A DNA stretch of 57,879 nucleotides from positions 1 through 57,879 of the forward strand of contig JAATGN010000167.1 in assembly GCA_015654615.1 (NCBI GenBank), given 5' to 3'. Position 1 is the stretch's first letter, and every line of letters starts with the position of its first letter. Positions 11,649 to 20,672 of the stretch are shown one piece after another. Origin of the DNA: Rhodospirillales bacterium. Lineage in GTDB: Bacteria > Pseudomonadota > Alphaproteobacteria > Rhodospirillales > Magnetospirillaceae. The notes beneath the pieces are model-generated. The model saw only the letters and a list, made by a program, of their open reading frames with translations, had not been told where the DNA came from and did not search any database. Both the position numbers and the translations under genes were made by a program.

Positions 11649-12371
11649 ATGGGGCGCATTGCACTCGTAACGGGAGGTACCCGCGGTATCGGCCGCGCGA
11701 TTTCCGTCGCGCTGAAGGACGCGGGATATCGCGTCGTCGCCAACTATTTCGGCAATGTGGAGGCCGCCGAGGAATTCACCAAGGAGACGGGCATTCCGGC
11801 CTATCGGTTCGACGTTTCGAGCTTTCCCGAGTGCGACGCGGCGGTGAAGACGATCGCCGCCGAAGTCGGTCCCATCGAAATTCTGGTCAACAACGCCGGC
11901 ATCACGCGCGATTCGACCATGCATCGAATGGCCTATCAGCAATGGGAAGAGGTGATTCACACCAATCTCACCTCATGCTTCAACATGACCCGTACGGTGA
12001 TCGAATCCATGCGCGACCGGGGCTTCGGCCGGATCATCAATATCGGCTCGGTGAACGGCCAGGCCGGGCAATACGGCCAGGTCAACTATGCTGCGGCGAA
12101 GTCCGGCATCCATGGTTTCACCAAGGCCCTGGCCCAGGAGGGCGCGACCAAGGGGATTACGGTGAACGCCATCGCGCCCGGTTATGTCGATACGGACATG
12201 GTGCGTTCGGTTCCGCACGCGGTGCTGGAGAAAATCATCGCGCGCATCCCCGCCGGCCGTCTCGGGCGTTCCGAGGACATCGCGCGCGGCGTGATCTTCC
12301 TGGTGGCCGACAATGCCGATTTCATCACCGGCGCCACCCTGTCGATCAACGGCGGCCAGCATATGTATTGA
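11649..12371 (+). CDS. phaB: Acetoacetyl-CoA reductase
   Basis: TGGTRGIG, NNAGITRD, NGQAGQYGQVNYAAAK and INGGQHMY. Confidence 0.95.
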   Translation: MGRIALVTGGTRGIGRAISVALKDAGYRVVANYFGNVEAAEEFTKETGIPAYRFDVSSFPECDAAVKTIAAEVGPIEILVNNAGITRDSTMHRMAYQQWEEVIHTNLTSCFNMTRTVIESMRDRGFGRIINIGSVNGQAGQYGQVNYAAAKSGIHGFTKALAQEGATKGITVNAIAPGYVDTDMVRSVPHAVLEKIIARIPAGRLGRSEDIARGVIFLVADNADFITGATLSINGGQHMY

Positions 12372-12425
12372 GCGATGCCCGTCGCTCGGCATTGATCGGC
12401 GGCCGTCCGGCGCCTATCGTCCTTG

Positions 12426-12460
12426 AAACCCCCAGCCGGTTTGCCGGTTGGGGGTTTTTT
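12426..12460 (+). terminator. Intrinsic terminator after phaB
   Basis: aaacccccagccgg-tttg-ccggttggggg followed by tttttt. Confidence 0.8.
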
Positions 12461-12471
12461 GGGGTCATCGT

Positions 12472-12560
12472 TCCACCTCATCCCCCGACCCCTCCCCATC
12501 AAGGACAGGGGAGAAGAACAATCGCTCCCTCCCCCTTGTGAGGCGGGCTGGGCTGGGGGA
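12472..12560. repeat. Degenerate alphaproteobacterial intergenic repeat (CCCTCxCCC...GGGAGxGGG type)
   Basis: cctcatcccccgacccctcccc...ggggagaag...ccctcccccttgtg...gggctggggga. Confidence 0.4.
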
Positions 12561-12585
12561 TGTCGGCGGTCAGGGAGTCTGAGGC

Positions 12586-13479
12586 ATGCGGGCCAAGGCG
12601 ACGCGGTTGGGGATGGTGGCGCTTCTGCTGTGGTCGACTCTGGCCCTGCTCAGCACCCTGGCCGGCGCGGTGCCGCCCTTCCAATTGGTCGGCATGGCTT
12701 TCGCGCTGGCCACCCTGGTCGCGCTGGTCAAATGGGGCTGGTATCGGCAATCGCCGCTCGCCAGGCTCAAGCAGCCGCCGGGAGCCTGGATTCTGGGCGT
12801 GGGCGGATTGTTCGGCTATCACTTCTTTTATTTTCTGGCGCTCCGCCTGGCGCCGCCGCTCGAGGCCAATCTGCTGAACTATCTCTGGCCGCTGCTGATC
12901 GTCCTGCTGTCGGCCCTGCTGCCCGGCCAGCGCCTGCGCCCGCGTCATCTCGGCGGGGCCCTGGCCGGGCTGGCGGGGGCCGCCCTGCTGCTGGCCAGGG
13001 GCCAAGACGCCGTTTTCGAGGGCCGCTATGCCGTGGGTTACGGTGCGGCCCTGGCCTGCGGCGTCATCTGGGCGGTCTATTCGGTGGCCAATCGCCGCTA
13101 CAAGGACGTTCCAAGCGACGCCGTCGGGGGATTTTGCGGCGCGACGGCCTTGCTGGCCCTGCTCTGCCATCTGGCCTTCGAAGAGACGGTGGTCCCGGTC
13201 GGCTGGCAATGGCTCGTCATCCTGCTGCTGGGGCTGGGACCGGTGGGCGCCGCCTTCTTCCTGTGGGACTTCGCCTGCAAGCATGGCGACATCCGGGCCC
13301 TGGGCAGCCTCGCCTACGGTGTTCCGCTGGTCTCCAACGGCCTGCTGATCATCACCGGCCGCGGCACCTTGACCTGGCAGGTCGGGGCGTCCGTCCTGCT
13401 CATCATCGGCGGCGCCGCGCTGGGGGCCGGGGACGTCCTGCGGATCAGAGCCCCAGGAAGGCGATCAGTTTCGCCTTGA
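12586..13479 (+). CDS. DMT/EamA family transporter (YddG-like)
   Basis: About 10 hydrophobic segments; EANLLNYLWPLLIV motif. Confidence 0.88.
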   Translation: MRAKATRLGMVALLLWSTLALLSTLAGAVPPFQLVGMAFALATLVALVKWGWYRQSPLARLKQPPGAWILGVGGLFGYHFFYFLALRLAPPLEANLLNYLWPLLIVLLSALLPGQRLRPRHLGGALAGLAGAALLLARGQDAVFEGRYAVGYGAALACGVIWAVYSVANRRYKDVPSDAVGGFCGATALLALLCHLAFEETVVPVGWQWLVILLLGLGPVGAAFFLWDFACKHGDIRALGSLAYGVPLVSNGLLIITGRGTLTWQVGASVLLIIGGAALGAGDVLRIRAPGRRSVSP

Positions 13480-15211
13480 AGCGTTCCCATCCCTCGAGCG
13501 GTTTGGCCGCCGGCTCCAGCGACAATCCGATCGAGAGGATCCGGCCGTCGCGCATGTCGCGGACGATGAGATCGATCGGACCGAGATGCAAGCGGTCGCC
13601 GATCTCCAGATCGGATCGGAATTCCCGGCGGAACAGCTCTCCGACGGCCAGATCGTCGTCGTCGATTCCGCTCGAGGGCGGCAGGTCGTAGCTTTCGCGG
13701 AGCGCCTTCAACGTGACGTCGGGGGCGATGGTGAAATCGCCATAGAGGCTGGCCTCGGTGGCGCCGTCGTCCTTCATCTTGCCGAACAGCTTGTCCAGCA
13801 GCGGGACTTGCGCCGGCGCCACCAGAAGATAGACGCGGTCGCCGGCCTGCAGCGAGCGGGGGGCGTTCTGCACCGCCCCGCCGCGGCGCAGCAGAAGGGG
13901 GCGGGCCCAGCGGGGCAGCGGACGGCCCTGCGCCACCGCGCTGTCGGCGTGCAATTGATAGGTGACCAGTTCGCGGTCGGCCAGGCCGGGCAGGTCGACC
14001 TCGATCCGATCGACCAGACCGGCCTTTTCCGGGACGATCAGTCCGAGCCAGCGGGCCAGGGGGCGGACCGTCCATCCCTGGACCAGCAGCGAGGCGAGCA
14101 CGACGAGGAACGAGATTTCGAAGATGACGTCGCCCTTGGGAATGCCGCCCAGCACCGGGACCAGGGCCAGAAGAATGGAAACGGCGCCGCGCAGCCCGAC
14201 CCAGGCGATGAAGAAGCGTTCGCGCCGTCCGAAGCGAAACGGCAGCAGGCAGAGGAACACCGCGATCGGACGGGCGAGGAAAATCAGCGCGACGGCCAGG
14301 ACCGCGCTCGGCAGGGCGACCGCCGGAAATTGGCTGGGACGGGCCAGAAGGCCCAGCGTGACGAACATGCCGATCTGCGCCAGCCACGTGACGCCGTCCT
14401 GGAAGCGGCGCAGGTTGCCGGCCGACTGCAATCGCGCGTTGCCGGCCACCAGTCCGGCCAGATAGGCGGCCAGGAAGCCGCTGCCATCCAGCAGATTGGT
14501 CAGGGCATAGACGGCCACCGCCAACCCCATCACCACGACGGGATAGAGCCCCGGCTCCAGCTTGACCCGGTTGACCACGAAGACGATGGCGATCCCCCCG
14601 GCCAGGCCGAGCAGAATCCCGCCGCTCATCTGCAGGGCGAAATCGAGGCCGATGGCCAGCCAGCCCCCGCCATGGTGGCCGCCGACGATTTCCACCAAGG
14701 TCAAGGCCAGACAGGCGGCGATCGGGTCGTTGGTTCCGGACTCGACTTCAAGGGTCGAGCGCACGCGGTCGCGAATGGTGATGCCGCCGACGCGCAGCAG
14801 GAAAAACAGCGCCGCCGCGTCGGTCGAACTGAGCGTGGTGGCCAGAAGCAGCGACATCGGCCAGTCGAATCCCAACAGGAAATGGGCCGGCACGGCCAGC
14901 AGTCCGGCGGTCAGGACCACGCCGAAGGTGGCCAGGACGATGGCCGGCGCGGCGGCCTGGCGATAACTTTTCAGACTGGTGTGAAAGCCGCTGTCGAACA
15001 GGATCACCGCCAGGGCGGCGCTGGCGATCAGGAAGGCGCTCGGTCCGTCGGTCAGGACGATGCCGCCCGGACCGTCCCGGCCGGCGATCAGGCCGATGAC
15101 CAGGAACAGCAACAGGAGCGGCGCGCCGGCGCGGAAGGCCACCACGCTGGTGAACACGCTGGCCAGGGTCAATCCCGCGCAAACCAGGATGATCAGATTG
15201 ATCTCATCCAT
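13445..15211 (-). CDS. cvrA: K+/H+ antiporter (NhaP2/CvrA)
   Basis: SSTDAAA, LEVESGTNDP, WVGLRGAVSI and a soluble C-terminal domain. Confidence 0.9.
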   Translation of the reverse strand: MDEINLIILVCAGLTLASVFTSVVAFRAGAPLLLLFLVIGLIAGRDGPGGIVLTDGPSAFLIASAALAVILFDSGFHTSLKSYRQAAAPAIVLATFGVVLTAGLLAVPAHFLLGFDWPMSLLLATTLSSTDAAALFFLLRVGGITIRDRVRSTLEVESGTNDPIAACLALTLVEIVGGHHGGGWLAIGLDFALQMSGGILLGLAGGIAIVFVVNRVKLEPGLYPVVVMGLAVAVYALTNLLDGSGFLAAYLAGLVAGNARLQSAGNLRRFQDGVTWLAQIGMFVTLGLLARPSQFPAVALPSAVLAVALIFLARPIAVFLCLLPFRFGRRERFFIAWVGLRGAVSILLALVPVLGGIPKGDVIFEISFLVVLASLLVQGWTVRPLARWLGLIVPEKAGLVDRIEVDLPGLADRELVTYQLHADSAVAQGRPLPRWARPLLLRRGGAVQNAPRSLQAGDRVYLLVAPAQVPLLDKLFGKMKDDGATEASLYGDFTIAPDVTLKALRESYDLPPSSGIDDDDLAVGELFRREFRSDLEIGDRLHLGPIDLIVRDMRDGRILSIGLSLEPAAKPLEGWERFKAKLIAFLGL

Positions 15212-15385
15212 CCGCCGCACATCCGATTCGTGTCCCGGAAGCTTGCCGGTCGCGGCGGGGCCCCGTCAAGCCTATCCCCTTGTTTTCGGTCGTCATTGCG
15301 AGTTTCGGACCGGCTGATGGCCGGCCCGCCCGGCGGTTTCGCCGCGGTTTCGCCGGCAATGACGGGCGTGGCGGATGGCCGTCCA

Positions 15386-15856
15386 TCAATCCCCCGGCTG
15401 CCAGCCGGGGGGCGCCAGTTCAAATCCGTCGAATTGAAAGGCGGGGGCGACGGTGCAGCCGACCAGACTCCAATCGCCGGCCGGCCGGGCCGACTGCCAG
15501 GCCCGGGCGGGCACGACCATCTGCGGCCTGTGGCCTCCGGCGAGGTCGTTGCCGAGCAACGCCGCGGTCGCGGCGGCGGACGCGGCGATCGACAATTGCA
15601 GGGGGGCGCCCGCATACCAGTGCCAGATCTCGACGGCGTCGATCCGATGCCAGGCCGATATCTCGCCGGCGGCCAGCAGATAATAGATGCTCGTGCAGGC
15701 GCCGCGGTCGCCGTTGGCGGGGCGGTCGCGATAGATCTCGCGATAATGCCCGCCCTCGGGGTGCGCTTCGAGGCCCAGCCGGGCGATCACCTGGGCGGCG
15801 GTAAGGCCGCGTCCGTCTCCGATGGGGTCCGGCCGTCCGGCCGCCGAATCAGCCAC
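15386..15856 (-). CDS. Cupin_5 (DUF985) family protein
   Basis: LGLEAHPEGGHYRE, TSIYYLL, SAWHR and CTVAPAFQFDGFEL; GTG start overlaps the GST stop. Confidence 0.88.
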   Translation of the reverse strand: MADSAAGRPDPIGDGRGLTAAQVIARLGLEAHPEGGHYREIYRDRPANGDRGACTSIYYLLAAGEISAWHRIDAVEIWHWYAGAPLQLSIAASAAATAALLGNDLAGGHRPQMVVPARAWQSARPAGDWSLVGCTVAPAFQFDGFELAPPGWQPGD

Positions 15857-16454
15857 GGGGGACGGTGGCGGCCACCGAGGCGCGGTCCTGCTGCAGGGCG
15901 TACCAGGACGCCAGGCGCGGATGGTCCTGCCGCCAGGCGAGCGCCGGCAGGCGGTAGTCGAGATAGCCCAATGCGCAGACGACGGCGATTTCGCCGATGG
16001 AAAACGTTCCGGCCAGGCCGGGGGCCTCGGTTTCGAGCGTGTCGACCGCCCGCGCGATCGCCCGGCCTTGCCGGTCCAGCCAGCCGGTCCAGCGGTATTC
16101 GGCCGGGCGGTTCGTCGATTCGGTGCGCGAGGCGACGGCGGCATCCATGATGCCGTCCGCCAGGGCCTGCCGGCGCAAGGCGGTCCAGCGGGCCTCGCCG
16201 GTCGGCGGGAACAGTTTGCTGCCGGCGTGCAGACTGTCGAGATATTCGCAGATCACCGGCGAATCGTAGAGATGTTCGCCGCCATCGGTGATCAGCGCCG
16301 GCACCTTGCACAACGGATTGTCGCGCGGCAGGTCGGTGTCGGGGGCCCAGGCATCGGTCGGAATCCGTTCGATCCGGCTGTCGAGGCCGGTTTCCAGGCC
16401 TGTGATGAGGACTTTACGGGCAAAAGGCGAGGCCAGGCTGTAGCGAAGTTTCAT
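15849..16454 (-). CDS. Glutathione S-transferase family protein
   Basis: SPFARKV, NPLCKVPAL and DSPVICEYLD. Confidence 0.9.
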   Translation of the reverse strand: MKLRYSLASPFARKVLITGLETGLDSRIERIPTDAWAPDTDLPRDNPLCKVPALITDGGEHLYDSPVICEYLDSLHAGSKLFPPTGEARWTALRRQALADGIMDAAVASRTESTNRPAEYRWTGWLDRQGRAIARAVDTLETEAPGLAGTFSIGEIAVVCALGYLDYRLPALAWRQDHPRLASWYALQQDRASVAATVPRG

Positions 16455-16483
16455 CGAGATCTCTCAAGGAAGAAGGTTGTTGA

Positions 16484-17254
16484 TCAGAAGGCGTCTTTGC
16501 GGCGGCGGATTTCGGCGAAGACGCGGACGGGATCGCCACCCGGCAGGCCGACGCCCTTTTTCACGCTTTCGACATCGGCCCGCAGGAAGGGATTGGTGGT
16601 CCGCTCCAGGGCGAGCGGCGAGGGAACGGTCGGTAAATTGCGGCTCCGTCTGGCGTCGATATCGTCGATGCGGGCCAACAGATCTTCGTTGTCCCGTTCG
16701 ACCATACGGGCGAAACGGGCGTTGGACTGGGTATATTCATGGGCGCAGAAGACCATCGTATCGTCCGGCAGGCCGCGCAGCTTGAGCAGCGAGGCCCACA
16801 TCTGTTCCGGCGAGCCCTCGAACAGCCGGCCGCAGCCCATGGCGAACAGGGTGTCGCCGCAGAACAGCGCCAGGCTTTCGGGAAACCAATAGGCGATATG
16901 GCCCAGCGTATGGCCGGGCACCGCCATCACCATCGAGGCGGCGCTTCCCAGCAGAAAGGAATCGCCGTCGGCCACCTGCAGATCGATCCCCGGAATGCGC
17001 TGGGAATCGCCCCTGGCGCCGACCACGCGGGCGTTGTAGCGCTGCTTCAGGGCCAGATTGCCGCCGGTGTGGTCGTCATGATGGTGGGTGTTGAGGATGT
17101 GGGTCAGCGTCCAGCCCTTCAAGGCCAGCCGCTCCTCGACCGGTTCGGCGACGGCGGGATCGACCACGGCGGTGGCGCCGCTTGTCGGGTCGTGCAGCAG
17201 ATAGACGTAATTATCGCGCAGCACGGGGATCTGTTCGATTTCCAACCTGGTCAT
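16484..17254 (-). CDS. gloB: Hydroxyacylglutathione hydrolase (glyoxalase II)
   Basis: THHHDDHTGG, PGHTLGH, GDTLF.MGCGRLFEG and CAHEYT. Confidence 0.95.
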   Translation of the reverse strand: MTRLEIEQIPVLRDNYVYLLHDPTSGATAVVDPAVAEPVEERLALKGWTLTHILNTHHHDDHTGGNLALKQRYNARVVGARGDSQRIPGIDLQVADGDSFLLGSAASMVMAVPGHTLGHIAYWFPESLALFCGDTLFAMGCGRLFEGSPEQMWASLLKLRGLPDDTMVFCAHEYTQSNARFARMVERDNEDLLARIDDIDARRSRNLPTVPSPLALERTTNPFLRADVESVKKGVGLPGGDPVRVFAEIRRRKDAF

Positions 17255-17461
17255 GTCTTTGTCCCCGCGCGATTTTCCGGGCCATTCCACCTCGCGCCAG
17301 CGACGGGAGGCGACGTGAGTGTATTGGAATCACTCGTCATGCGCTACGTGGGGACATGCTTTTTTCTCCGCGGATTTGGAAAATGCCGTTCTCCGGAAAA
17401 TCTGCGGATCGCCTCTTTGATTTCACTTGCCGGGCGACGGCAAGCGTTTCATTGATGGGCG

Positions 17462-18202
17462 ATGTGGAGCGACGTGATCGACCTTCGCGATTTCTACGAT
17501 TCCAGCCTGGGGCAGGCCGCCAGACGGGTGCTTCGCCGGCAGATTCGGACGATTTGGCCCGATTCCCACGATATGCGGGTGCTGGGACTGGGATTCGCCA
17601 CGCCTTATCTGCGCCCCTTTCGGGAAGAAACGGAACGGGTGATCGCCGTCATGCCGTCGTCGCAGGGCGTCCTGCCGTGGCCCCCGGAGGGGCCGGGTCT
17701 GGTTTGCCTGGCCGACGAAACCGATCTGCCCTTGCCCGACCGGTCGATCGACCGGGTCCTGCTGGTGCATGCCCTGGAATCGACCGAACAGGTGCGCGCC
17801 ACGCTGCGCGAGGTCTGGCGGGTCTTGGCCGACAGCGGCCGCCTGCTGGTGGTGACGCCCAATCGCCGCGGCATCTGGGCGCGTCTGGAACGGACGCCTT
17901 TCGGCCAGGGCCGCCCCTATACGCCGTCGCAATTGTCCCGTCTGCTGCGCGACAATATGTACACGCCCCTGCAGACGGCCTCGGCCCTCTTCATGCCGCC
18001 CTTTCAGTCCCGCTTCGTCCTGCGTTCGGCGCCGGCCTGGGAAAAGGTCGGGGAACGGTGGTTCCCGACCTTCGCGGGCGTTCTGATGGTCGAGGCCGCC
18101 AAGCAGATCTATGCCGGCAGCATCATGCGCGAGCAGTCCAAGAAAAACCGGGCTTATCTGCCGATGCCGCAGGGGTTCCGCAAGATCGGGCCGATCGGCT
18201 GA
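17462..18202 (+). CDS. Class I SAM-dependent methyltransferase (type 11, YafS-like)
   Basis: DLRDFY.S.LG, LGLGFATPYL and VHALE; divergent from gloB, a commonly conserved arrangement. Confidence 0.85.
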   Translation: MWSDVIDLRDFYDSSLGQAARRVLRRQIRTIWPDSHDMRVLGLGFATPYLRPFREETERVIAVMPSSQGVLPWPPEGPGLVCLADETDLPLPDRSIDRVLLVHALESTEQVRATLREVWRVLADSGRLLVVTPNRRGIWARLERTPFGQGRPYTPSQLSRLLRDNMYTPLQTASALFMPPFQSRFVLRSAPAWEKVGERWFPTFAGVLMVEAAKQIYAGSIMREQSKKNRAYLPMPQGFRKIGPIG

Positions 18203-18255
18203 TCCCTCGGACGTCACCGCGGCAGGACCGTTCCGAGCCCGCCGTCGCGCCAATG

Positions 18256-18360
18256 TCAAACGGCGAAGACGATGTCGGTTTGGCGGAAGTCGTCGCCTTT
18301 GAACAGCAGCGGCAGGCGGCGGACTTTGGCGACGGCATAAGCGAAGATGTCGCCGAATGG
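18256..18360 (-). pseudogene. vapC: C-terminal remnant of a VapC (PIN) toxin
   Basis: Reverse strand reads FGDIFAYAVAKVRRLPLLFKGDDFRQTDIVFAV*, matching the VapC NFGDCFAYA...PLLFKGxDFxxTD tail; N-terminal part and antitoxin are missing. Confidence 0.75.
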
Positions 18361-18386
18361 CCTGGAGAACGGCAAGATATTTGAGC

Positions 18387-18612
18387 AACACGGACGAACA
18401 CGGACAGCCGCGGATGAACACGGATAAAGATGAATATGATATAATCGTCGTTATTAATCAAAATATTGATTATATTATATGTGAATAACATCATATAATT
18501 ATTTATGAATATGATTAATATATGCGGATATTTACCGCGTATTTTTCATATGTCGCTGTGAGACGAAATCCGATCCGTGCGTATCCGTGGTTGTCCGTGT
18601 TCATCCGTGTTC
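18387..18612. repeat. Inverted arrays of 4 x 10-bp repeats (aacacggatg-like) flanking an AT-rich core
   Basis: 18387-18426 aacacggacg/aacacggaca/gccgcggatg/aacacggata; 18573-18612 four atccgtg-type units in inverse orientation. Confidence 0.8.
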
Positions 18613-18759
18613 CCCAAAATCCGTCGTCATCCCGAAGTCCAGCCCTTTTCGCAAAGCATTTTTCAGCAAGAGAAAATGCGTGAACACGGATAGCTCCTCG
18701 TCGGAGAGGGCTCGCGACGGAAACAGCCTGACTGAGACAGGCCCTCAGCCGCTCCCCCG

Positions 18760-19401
18760 CTATCGCCGTCTCAGCAGGAAGACGGCCTGTTCGCCCAGCA
18801 GGTTGGCCAGGCGGCCGCCGGCGTCGAAGCGGATGGTGCCCTTCGAATCGAGGGAAATGGCCCGTTCGACGACGATCCCCAGTTCGGCGCACAGCGCCAT
18901 GAAATCCTGGATCGTGCAGAGGTGGATGTTGGGCGTGTCGTACCACTGGTAGGTCAGGGTCTCGGTCACCGGCATCCGGCCGTGGCGAAGCAGCGACAGG
19001 CGAACGCGCCAATAGCCGAAATTGGGGAATGAGACGATCGCCCGGCGTCCGATGCGCAGCATGTGCTCGAGCACGCCCTTGGGGTCCCGGGTCGCCTGCA
19101 GCGTCTGGCTGAGGATGACATAGTCGAAGGCGCCCGACGGATAGTCCTTGAGATCGGTGTCGGCATCGCCCTGGATGACCGACAGGCCATGGGCGACGGC
19201 GGCACGGACGCCGGCCATGGACAATTCCATGCCGCGTCCGTCGACCCGTTTGAAGCGGTTCAGATAGTCGAGCAGGATGCCCTCGCCGCAGCCGAGGTCG
19301 AGGACGCGGGAGTTCGGCGCCACCATGTCGGCGATCAGCTGGAGGTCGATGCGGATGCTGGGGGCGCCCATGCCGTTGGCGGATCCGTTCGAGACGGCCA
19401 T
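18760..19401 (-). CDS. metW: Methionine biosynthesis protein MetW
   Basis: RVLDLGCGEG, VILSQTLQAT, VSFPNFGYW and WYDTPNIHLCTI; TGATG coupling to metX. Confidence 0.95.
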   Translation of the reverse strand: MAVSNGSANGMGAPSIRIDLQLIADMVAPNSRVLDLGCGEGILLDYLNRFKRVDGRGMELSMAGVRAAVAHGLSVIQGDADTDLKDYPSGAFDYVILSQTLQATRDPKGVLEHMLRIGRRAIVSFPNFGYWRVRLSLLRHGRMPVTETLTYQWYDTPNIHLCTIQDFMALCAELGIVVERAISLDSKGTIRFDAGGRLANLLGEQAVFLLRRR

Positions 19402-20570
19402 CAGCGATTCCCCCGCGGCAGGCCGCGATGTTCGGCGGCGCCTTCGAGGAAGCCGTGCAGCGTGGCGTGAAATTCCGGTTCGTCGAGCAGGAAGGCGTCG
19501 TGGCCCTTGTCCGATTCCACTTCGACGAAGCTCACGTTGGCGGCGACGGCGTTGAGGGCATGCACGACGGCGCGGCTTTCGCGGGTCGGGAACAGCCAGT
19601 CGCTGGTGAAGGAAATGACGCAGAAGCGCACCTTGGTGCCGCGGAAGGCGTTGGCCAGGATGCCGCCATGGTCGGCCGCCAGGTCGAAATAATCCATGGC
19701 GCGGGTGATGTAGAGATAGCAGTTGGCGTCGAAACGTTCGACGAAGCTGCTGCCCTGGTGGCGCAGATAGCTTTCGACCTGGAAATCGGCGTCGAAGCCG
19801 TAGGTCAGCTCGCCGCCCTGCAGGTTGCGCCCGAACTTGCGATGCAGGGCGGCTTCCGACAAATAGGTGATGTGCGCCGCCATGCGGGCGACGGCGAGCC
19901 CGTTCGTCGGCCGTTTCCCATGCAGCAGGTAATCGCCCTCGCACCAGTCGGGGTCGGCGATCACCGCTTGCCGGCCGACCTCGCCGAAAGCGATGTTCTG
20001 GGCCGAATGGCGGGCCGCCGCGGCGATCGGAATGGCGGTGAACACCCGGTGCGGGTAGCGCGCCGCCCATTCCAGAACCTGCATGCCGCCCATCGAGCCG
20101 CCGACCACCGAAAACAGCTGGTCGATGCCCAGATGGTCGATCAGGCGCAGTTGCGCGCGGACCATGTCGGCGATGGTGATCACCGGAAAAGTGAGGCCCC
20201 AGGGTTTGCCCGTCTGGGGATTGGTCTCGGCCGGTCCGGTGGTGCCCATGCAGCCGCCCAGCACATTGCTGCAGATGAGAAAATAGCGGTCCGTATCGAG
20301 GATGCGGCCGGGCCCCACCAGTTCCTGCCACCATCCCGGCTTGCCGGTCAGCGGATGCCGCTCGGCGACGTAATGGTCTCCGGTCAGCGCGTGGCAGATC
20401 AGGATGGCGTTGGATTTCTCGGCATTGAGCCGGCCATAGGTCTGATAGGCGATGGTGACCGGGGCCAGATCCACGCCGCAGTCGAGATGCAAGGGCGCGT
20501 CCGGTCCCAATTCCAGTCGATGGCCGGGGAGCACGGCACCCGAGGCGCTGTAGCTCTGGCTTGTGCTCAT
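19401..20570 (-). CDS. metX: Homoserine O-acyltransferase
   Basis: [23 protein letters not shown] and GHDAFLL. Confidence 0.96.
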   Translation of the reverse strand: MSTSQSYSASGAVLPGHRLELGPDAPLHLDCGVDLAPVTIAYQTYGRLNAEKSNAILICHALTGDHYVAERHPLTGKPGWWQELVGPGRILDTDRYFLICSNVLGGCMGTTGPAETNPQTGKPWGLTFPVITIADMVRAQLRLIDHLGIDQLFSVVGGSMGGMQVLEWAARYPHRVFTAIPIAAAARHSAQNIAFGEVGRQAVIADPDWCEGDYLLHGKRPTNGLAVARMAAHITYLSEAALHRKFGRNLQGGELTYGFDADFQVESYLRHQGSSFVERFDANCYLYITRAMDYFDLAADHGGILANAFRGTKVRFCVISFTSDWLFPTRESRAVVHALNAVAANVSFVEVESDKGHDAFLLDEPEFHATLHGFLEGAAEHRGLPRGNR

Positions 20571-20600
20571 CGCGTGCAACCCTTCGCAAAAGGAGAGAGA

Positions 20601-20629
20601 TTGCTAGGAGCAGCGTGCCGGACTGTCAA
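20601..20629 (-). promoter_or_regulatory. Sigma-70-type promoter for metXW
   Basis: TTGACA-17 bp-TAGCAA on the minus strand, about 30 nt upstream of the ATG. Confidence 0.55.
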
Positions 20630-20672
20630 CGGTTTCTTTGGCTTTCGGGACAAAGCGCTCCGCTTTGCCGGC

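Noticed and set aside
20571-20672. SAM riboswitch upstream of metX
   Set aside because: The leader is only about 25 nt after the predicted promoter and no SAM-II/SAM-SAH consensus is visible
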